From: Telmatocola sphagniphila
GTDB taxonomy: Bacteria > Planctomycetota > Planctomycetia > Gemmatales > Gemmataceae
Direction: 5' to 3'
NCBI RefSeq assembly: GCF_018398935.1
Contig: NZ_CP074694.1
Span: forward strand, 5,280,001 to 5,312,000
DNA: 32,000 bases
This document shows positions 26,584-32,000 of this stretch, in pieces. Within the stretch, counting starts at the first letter, position 1. The number at the start of each line of letters is the position of its first letter. The translations under genes were made by a program, and so were the position numbers. The notes beneath the pieces are model-generated. The model was not told the DNA's origin and searched no databases. It worked only from the letters and a program-made list of their open reading frames with translations.

Positions 26584-27187
26584 TCACAAATATGTTTCTT
26601 GTTACTCCTCGAGATACAGTTAATTCGTTCTTTCTGTTTAGATTTATTAATAATAAATCTGGGGCGATGCTACAAATTCGTGAGGAATATACCGATTTAG
26701 TTTGCCATAAATGCGGTAAATTGAATGAAATTTCAGCTTTAGATAGAAATATTGTTTTCATGTCAAAAATTAAGAGCAAAAAATCATTCGTTTTATCTGC
26801 AGATGATTTTTATCTGACTAATCAAAACGGAGTTTTGTCTTTGAATAAATCTTTTGGGAATCTTCTTGTTTTTCGGGAACAGATTACTTTGCAGTGACAC
26901 CGAAATGCATAGTCCAGCCGAAATTGCACGATGAAGGATTTAAATTTGTGTATGGAACTCAGGGAAACTGCACAGAATGCAGACGGCCGAAAGAAGTGGT
27001 ATGGTCCAAAACTCCGCCAACTATTTCAAAAATGCCGGTCTTATTCGCAGTAAACTTAGAGAGCCAGCTGGGCGCAAGAGTTGTATGGATAGTACAAAAT
27101 GAGGTTCAGGATGAACTTAGATCATTGAAGTCAATACACCCTGGTATAGTTTACAGACCAATTAAATTTGATTGTAACTTAGTTTAG
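26580..27187 (+). pseudogene. family A-like immunity gene for O4, split into two ORFs by a frame change at ~26894
   Basis: Its ATG overlaps the O4 stop (ATGA). ORF1 (26580-26897) carries 'CHKCG'. ORF2 (26894-27187, GTG overlapping the TGA) carries 'CTEC' and ends 'ARVVWIVQNEVQDELRSLKSIHPGIVYRPI'. Together they mirror the single-ORF paralogs. Confidence 0.6.
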
Positions 27188-27225
27188 GTAATGCTTCCTG
27201 GACTGCATCACAACTAGCTGTGCTA

Positions 27226-27530
27226 GTGTAGTGTCTCACACAGAATGTGTTTTATCAAGGGTGGCTCTAGCCCGGCGAACTTTCTCCAGAATAGTCTCGG
27301 CTTCCTCGGCAATGTCCTTGTTCAATACACCTGCGGCCGCCGCGAGTATGATCTTCGCCCGAAGGACCAGCCGAGCGGGAGTACATCGTCCCCGAGACCA
27401 AGAAGTCAACGTTTGTCGTTCCTCGTCAGAAAGTAAGATTAGCAGCGCGACTTTCATGGGTTTACTCCTTAATCTATAGAGTAAACCGCAAAAAAGAGCA
27501 AAAGGAAACGCTATTTCTGATACAGTACAC
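27226..27530 (-). mobile_element. 305-bp internal-deletion derivative of the IS630 element (MITE-like), TA-flanked
   Basis: Ends 'gtgtagtgtctca' (27226-) and 'tgatacagtacac' (-27530), with TA on both sides. It encodes a 73-aa in-frame fusion of the transposase N-terminus (52 aa, HTH) to its last ~20 aa (ORF 27236-27457, minus strand). Confidence 0.85.
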
Positions 27531-27686
27531 TAGGGACCCTTTAACTGGATATATTCCTGCGTCTGGGGCGCCCATGGTCCTTTTCTTGCGCGACCTTTTG
27601 GCGACTTTACTTGACAAGATATTAAAGATTTTGCCAACTTAATCGACAGATTGTTTGGCAAGTAGTTTCTTCCTCCCAGGTAAAAT

Positions 27687-28133
27687 ATGAGTATTTATAG
27701 TATTCTCGAACCTGAAGTAGCCGGAGTGATCGGTGAGTCTAGCTTCATCGATGGTAGTACGATTCCGCAGGTCGTACGCAGTCTAGAATATAAATTTGAG
27801 ACCTGGTTCGAGAATGATCTATTGCAAGCATACCCTTGCTTCCTTGTAACCGACAGGCTGAAAAAGGCACTCGAAAAATATCATGGAACGGGGTACAGTT
27901 TTGACGAAGTCTTTGCAACTCAATCCGTTCAATTTGAACTGATCAATCCCGGTATAACATTGGGGTTATTCTGGTGCTTTAAAATCTCCGGCCATGCAGG
28001 GGAAGCGGATTTTGGCTTGTCAGAAGATGGTACTTTAGTTGTGTCAGCCAATGCTCTTGAGATTCTTCGGAAATTTAATCTTAGCCGTTGCACAATTAGA
28101 ACGAGGCCGTTTCAACCAAAAAAAGCAATCTGA
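27687..28133 (+). CDS. hypothetical protein, candidate orphan immunity protein
   Basis: 148-aa ORF containing 'CFLVTDRLKKALEKYHGTGYSFDEV', the same LV(S/T)..hK..hE....G..F motif as the other immunity candidates. No adjacent toxin. Confidence 0.5.
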   Translation: MSIYSILEPEVAGVIGESSFIDGSTIPQVVRSLEYKFETWFENDLLQAYPCFLVTDRLKKALEKYHGTGYSFDEVFATQSVQFELINPGITLGLFWCFKISGHAGEADFGLSEDGTLVVSANALEILRKFNLSRCTIRTRPFQPKKAI

Positions 28134-28235
28134 TTCTCAGGAAATCGTTTACCACAAATTAAAAAAATATTCGGTAACCCTTCAGTCCCCTGAACTGCAG
28201 ACGCGCAGTTAGCAGGATTTTGCCATGACGGTGTC

Positions 28236-29030
28236 ATGGTTGTTAACTCATCGACTGATACGAGCGAAATCGAACCTTCCTTCGTTCAGAATTTTCGTAG
28301 TGATACTCTGACGGAAGCTCAGGCTCAAGCGTTTGCCGAACAGGATCCTTTGTTTATTAAATTTCAACTTTCGAAATTGCCCTCGATCAATCTTTCCAAG
28401 CGTTCGCTGCATGCTTCCTCAAGCACCTTGGCTCCCTTCGAGAAGCCTTCTCCCAAGAAGCGTCCTCGCTCGCCCGGTGCCAAAGCGGGTCACGAGGGGC
28501 ATTCGCGGGAGAAGCCCGAGCGGATCGATCACCGTTTGCCCTGCTGCCCCGATTGCGGCAGAGAACAGACTCGCACCGACCGTCAGCGTACGCGAGTTAT
28601 CGAAGATATTCCGGCGAACTTAAAGGCGGAAGCGGTCGATCACACCCTTCATCGGGACTGGTGTTCTTCCTGCAAAAAGCAGGTGGAACCCAAAGTTCCC
28701 GACGCTCTGCCGGCCTGCACGCTGGGCAACCAGCCGGCCACGCTCTCGGCTTTCTTGCACTACAGCGTGGGCACGACCACTCGCCAAGAGGTCGATGTCT
28801 TCAATGGCCATCTGCAATTGAAGATCACCGAAGGCGGTTTGACCCAGAAGTGGCATCGGTTGGCCGAGACTCTGAAGCCCTGGTACGAGCAGATCTGGGA
28901 CGAGTGCCAGCAAGCGGCGGTGCTCAATGCCGATGAGACCGGTTGGCATCCGAATGGAGCCTTGATCTGGTTGTGGTGATTCTGTACGGCCCGCTCGAGG
29001 TTCTATGCCATCGACCCCTGCCAAAGCCGA
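28236..29030 (+). pseudogene. IS66-family transposase N-terminal fragment (truncated, in-frame TGA)
   Basis: zf-IS66-like 'CCPDCG...C..C', then 'LNADETGWHPNGALIWLW*FCTARSRFYAIDP'. The DDE core is absent and the sequence runs into an IS630 end fragment. Confidence 0.7.
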
Positions 29031-29100
29031 GGCTATTCTGGAGAAAGTTCGTCGGGCTAAGGCTACCTTGGATAAAAGATCTTCTGTGTGTGACCTGCAC
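29018..29100 (+). mobile_element. IS630 right-end fragment
   Basis: 'ccaaagccgaggctattctggagaaagttcgtcgggctaaggctaccttggataaaag..ctgtgtgtgacctgcac' parallels 20473-20554 of the intact copy, followed by TA. Confidence 0.7.
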
Positions 29101-29502
29101 TAGATAAGCAGATCGTTGATAAGAAATCCCTCCTTTAGCTAATTAGGGTAGGGTAAACTCATCTCTTTTATTTTGATAAAGGGTTCTTTTCTGCGGTGTT
29201 TGCTTAAAAAATAGCTTTGTTCGTCTCAAGAAGTGTAAAACATAGGCTTTCGCCGATGAAATAGCACGGTAGCTATTATAATAAAGCATGATCGGTTACT
29301 AGGAGATCCCTACAGAACCACCGTTTTAGGCGGTTTTCCATGGACAATCGAGAGTTTTGTTCGGATTTTTAAACATACTGTCAATATGCAGATTCAAGAG
29401 CAGTTGGAAACCGCCAAGAAAGCTCTTAAAGACTAAACATCGATCTGGCAAAATGTACAGAAACATCGGAATACAAATAAATTTCTCCAGCGATCAATCG
29501 TT

Positions 29503-29964
29503 ATGGACGATAGCTTAAATCTAAGAATTCGAAATCTCGAACACGTAAAAAACGAATGCATAATAACGAATGCGCAAATCGACGAAGTGGAGGATGAACT
29601 CTCTTTTGCTTTTCCATCAGATTATCGGTCGTTCATTCTGACTTTCGGCGTACTATTTCTGGACGGACACATTATTCGAGGAATCTATGAGGAGGACGAG
29701 CAGGAACTAGAATCATTTGGCGTAAGCATTCTTGAAACGAAGCGCGAACGCAAAAAAATCGGCAAGTTTACCGGCTATCCGGCCGATTTCATAGTCTTGG
29801 AAGCTAATTCTGGTGGCGGATACGTGCTTCTGATTTTCAGGGAAGGCAAATATACTCTTGAGAATTGGGAGAAGGACGGCGATTGGTATCTTCTGAAAGA
29901 ATGGAATAGTTTCACTGACTATTTAAACGAGATCGTCGAAAATGCTGAGAAAAGCGTTCTGTGA
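29503..29964 (+). CDS. SMI1/KNR4 (SUKH-1) family protein, orphan immunity candidate
   Basis: 153 aa. 'ITNAQIDEVEDELSFAFPSDYRSFILTFG' is the typical SMI1/KNR4 N-terminal signature (xxIxxxExxLGxxLPxDYxxFL). Confidence 0.7.
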   Translation: MDDSLNLRIRNLEHVKNECIITNAQIDEVEDELSFAFPSDYRSFILTFGVLFLDGHIIRGIYEEDEQELESFGVSILETKRERKKIGKFTGYPADFIVLEANSGGGYVLLIFREGKYTLENWEKDGDWYLLKEWNSFTDYLNEIVENAEKSVL

Positions 29965-30458
29965 AACCATCGCCTACTAAATCCAGATATTTTTCACGGC
30001 CAAAACTCGGCGATGTGTTTGAAGTTGCTCTTTCCAAAGGGGACTTCGGATATATTCAGTATGTTTACAATTATCGTAAGCCGCCCGTATGTGGTCCGTT
30101 GATTCGCATCCTGCCTGGACTCTACGCTTCCAGACCTGAGAATATAAGTGATTTGGTTGCGCAATCGGAACGTTTCTGGACTTTCTATCCGCTAGCTACC
30201 CTTTTGCATCAGGGATTAGTTACGAAAGTTTCAAACGAAGCAATTCCTGAACGATGTCAGACGTTCCCCTTGTTCAAGGCATGTAATCGGAACTTTCAAA
30301 CGGGACAGAAGACTTGGTTTCTCTGGGATGGAGATAAAGAATGGAAAGAAGACCCACTTTCACCAGAGTATTATGATCTATCGCTTTGCCAGATTATAGG
30401 TCATGAACTACTCGTCGAACGTATTGAAACCACCTGGTCGCCTCGCGATGAAGTATAA
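29961..30458 (+). CDS. hypothetical protein, Imm26-like immunity candidate
   Basis: 165 aa. Its GTG overlaps the upstream stop (GTGA). The N-terminal 'KLGDVFEVALSKGDFGYIQYVY' resembles the GDxFxxPLxDGxxGYGxV start of Imm26-type proteins (from memory). Confidence 0.5.
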   Translation: MKPSPTKSRYFSRPKLGDVFEVALSKGDFGYIQYVYNYRKPPVCGPLIRILPGLYASRPENISDLVAQSERFWTFYPLATLLHQGLVTKVSNEAIPERCQTFPLFKACNRNFQTGQKTWFLWDGDKEWKEDPLSPEYYDLSLCQIIGHELLVERIETTWSPRDEV

Positions 30459-30532
30459 ATTTCGCGTTTTGGGCGATCGTTGAACTGTTTGAGTACTCCA
30501 AATCTAAATGGCTCGGAATTACTGGATGCGGT

Positions 30533-30946
30533 ATGGACATGCAATATTTGAAATTTCATGGCATTGCTATGAAAGAAGCAGAAAATGAATTTTCTGCTTC
30601 TTTCTTTGAAGACGAAAAAGATGCGCTAGCGAAAAAACTGTTCGAAGAATATTTGAGTGAAGGCGCTCCGAAAGACACTAATAAATGGCTGCGATCCAAA
30701 CTCAAAAGCGTTTTTCAGTATGTGGATTCACCTCCAAAGTGGGTCGAAAATGGTTTAGACCCGATTTGGCCTTTCCTAGATGGCTTTCCTATGATCTTCA
30801 TCAAACAATTTGAGCTACCAGACAACGAATTTTGTGCTCAGAGTCTATCTGCTGGTACGATTTTGTACGTTTTTGGTGCTCGTCGAAAAACATCACATGG
30901 TTTCGAGATGATTTACCGAGTAGTGGAGCAAGATATAGCTTTTTAA
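30533..30946 (+). CDS. hypothetical protein, family B paralog (candidate immunity)
   Basis: 137 aa. The C-terminal ~75 aa are identical or nearly so to 16181-16594. Confidence 0.65.
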   Translation: MDMQYLKFHGIAMKEAENEFSASFFEDEKDALAKKLFEEYLSEGAPKDTNKWLRSKLKSVFQYVDSPPKWVENGLDPIWPFLDGFPMIFIKQFELPDNEFCAQSLSAGTILYVFGARRKTSHGFEMIYRVVEQDIAF

Positions 30947-30962
30947 AGATGAATTTGTCTTA

Positions 30963-31029
30963 GAGCCTCTAACAAAACCTCAGTTTGTTCATGGAATACT
31001 GCTACAAAAAGGGGTTTTGTTAGAGCCTC
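30963..31029. mobile_element. 67-bp MITE copy C (filled site; empty site at 16608-16610)
   Basis: 'gagcctctaacaaaacc...ggggttttgttagagcctc' flanked by TTA (30960-62 and 31030-32). The paralogous sequence at 16595-16620 reads '..gaattggttTTAcgtataagac' with no insert. Confidence 0.8.
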
Positions 31030-31131
31030 TTACGTATAAGACATACATTTCTCCTTAGTCTGCGGTATTTACGTCTGTTTTCATGTACTCAGCATACTAT
31101 AGTATAGCTCGATCATTGGATGAATTCGAAA

Positions 31132-31735
31132 ATGCCATTTCACGTCCTAGTCGAGCGAATTGAAAACGATGCTGGACCGAATTTTTCCCGGTTGAGCCAA
31201 AATATGGTCCAGGTCCGAAGTGCCCGAAATGCGGACAATTTGTCGGCTCACTACCTTTGGTACCCCCTACCGCTTCAAGTTGGATGTTTGGGGTAATCAA
31301 TACGGCGATCTCGCGTTCGGAGGTCCCAGTCTTTTGATTTCTGAATTCTTCAAAGAAGTCTATCACCAAAACAGATTGACCGGCCTGAATGGATTCGAGC
31401 CCGCTCTAATGTTGAAATGCCAAAGTCGATTGAGGCTCAAAGAAACACCTCCAAATTATCTCCATGTAGAGCTCCATCGAGGGTTCACTTCAATCGACGA
31501 GGCGGGTTCAGAAGTTGTTTGGGAAGATCCCATTGTCTGTAGCTATTGTCTACTAGGGTACAAACTCAAGCGACGTCGACGCATCATTATTGATGAATCG
31601 ACTTGGAACGGTGAGGACATTTTTTATGCCCGTGGCCTCCCAGGTATAATCCTCGTTTCCAGCCGTTTCAAAGAAGTGTGCGAACAGCATCAGATCAAAA
31701 ATGCGATTTTCGTACCTTCCCAACACCGGCGTTAA
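31132..31735 (+). pseudogene. second copy of the family C double-CXXCG-type gene with the same two frameshifts
   Basis: Same three-frame structure as 16710-17313, with the T5 run at 31182-86 and the C5 run at 31263-67. 'CPKCG' lies in the middle frame. The track ORF is 31220-31735. Confidence 0.7.
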
Positions 31736-31764
31736 ATTGTTTGGCGTCACACTCAATTCCCTAC

Positions 31765-32000
31765 TCACAGCGCCAGCCGATTGGCCTGTTTTATCTCACC
31801 CCAAACGCGTTCCGCCGCATCCGCGGCCTGCATCCGCAACTCCGGTACGGCCGTACTTTCCCAAAGCGCCGGCTTGCGAAGCGTTCCCACCACGAAAATC
31901 TCGGGCACCGCTTCGCCGTTGATGTCGATCAAATTTCCACTCGGCGTCGTTTCAATTCCCAGAGCCAACGCGTCGGTTCTCAGACAACCTTCCACCAGTA
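31765..32000 (-). CDS. 3' end of a core gene running off the window (possibly an FAD/NAD(P)-binding oxidoreductase)
   Basis: The frame is open to the window edge and GC-rich again. 'IFVVGTLRKPALWESTAVPELRMQAADAAERV' resembles C-termini of YdhS-like FAD/NAD(P)-binding proteins. This is a weak functional call. Confidence 0.5.
   Translation of the reverse strand, partial: LVEGCLRTDALALGIETTPSGNLIDINGEAVPEIFVVGTLRKPALWESTAVPELRMQAADAAERVWGEIKQANRLAL

Larger units (their letters stand above)
30533..31735 (+). repeat. right copy of the ~1.1 kb two-gene direct repeat
   Basis: See 16181-17313. This copy contains the extra MITE at 30963-31029. Confidence 0.85.

Noticed and set aside
29161-29200. Segment 'ttttgataaagggttcttttctg' resembling the sub-terminal region of the IS1031-like right end (21033-21055)
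   Set aside because: The similarity is only partial over about 22 nt, with no recognisable terminal GAG/CTC end or duplication. It is too weak to annotate.

Overview
The window has two parts.

**Core chromosome (1 to about 9.9 kb, GC-richer, all genes on the minus strand)**
- A TetR-regulated efflux operon in the E. coli cecR-ybhGFSR gene order: TetR regulator, HlyD-family adaptor, double-ATPase ABC protein, then two ABC-2 permeases.
- A divergent HSP90/HtpG paralog co-oriented with a helical protein.
- A small membrane-anchored protein.

**Accessory island (about 9.9 to 31.75 kb, visibly AT-richer)**
- I read this as a Hint-domain-anchored polymorphic toxin / immunity locus.
- It opens with a 1571-aa toxin gene (10657-15372). 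Its domain order is a basic N-terminus with an LEDR-like motif, a Gly/Ser linker, about 1100 aa of N/S/T/Y-rich sequence, a glycine-rich hydrophobic pre-toxin segment, a Hint autoprocessing domain (Cys1 ... TxxH ... HN), and an LHH-type nuclease tail.
- The toxin gene overlaps its immunity gene by 4 nt.
- Downstream lie four orphan cassettes. Each starts with a progressively shorter 3' piece of the same Hint sequence (about 420, 330, 135 and 60 nt). Each then switches, exactly after the Hint 'SHN', to a different C-terminal toxin: xHH/AHH-like, GIY-YIG-like, AHH-like, LHH-like. Each is followed by a candidate immunity gene.
- Many immunity candidates are paralogs sharing CXXC(G) pairs and a C-terminal '..LVS..hK..hE...h.G..F.P' motif (double-CXXCG / Imm11-like).
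- The island carries many mobile elements:
  - An intact IS630 element with a TA duplication.
  - A 305-bp IS630 deletion derivative.
  - An ISL3 element with an 8-bp duplication, inserted in an immunity gene.
  - A decayed IS1031-like IS5-family element carrying nested insertions.
  - A 67-68 bp MITE derived from that element, with a visible filled-versus-empty site pair.
  - ISAs1 and IS66 transposase relics.
- A roughly 1.1 kb two-gene direct repeat brackets the orphan array.

**Limits**
- The source organism is possibly a planctomycete. The evidence is the LEDR-type N-terminal motif and weak Shine-Dalgarno usage, so confidence is low.
- All family assignments come from motif recognition by eye. 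No database search was run.
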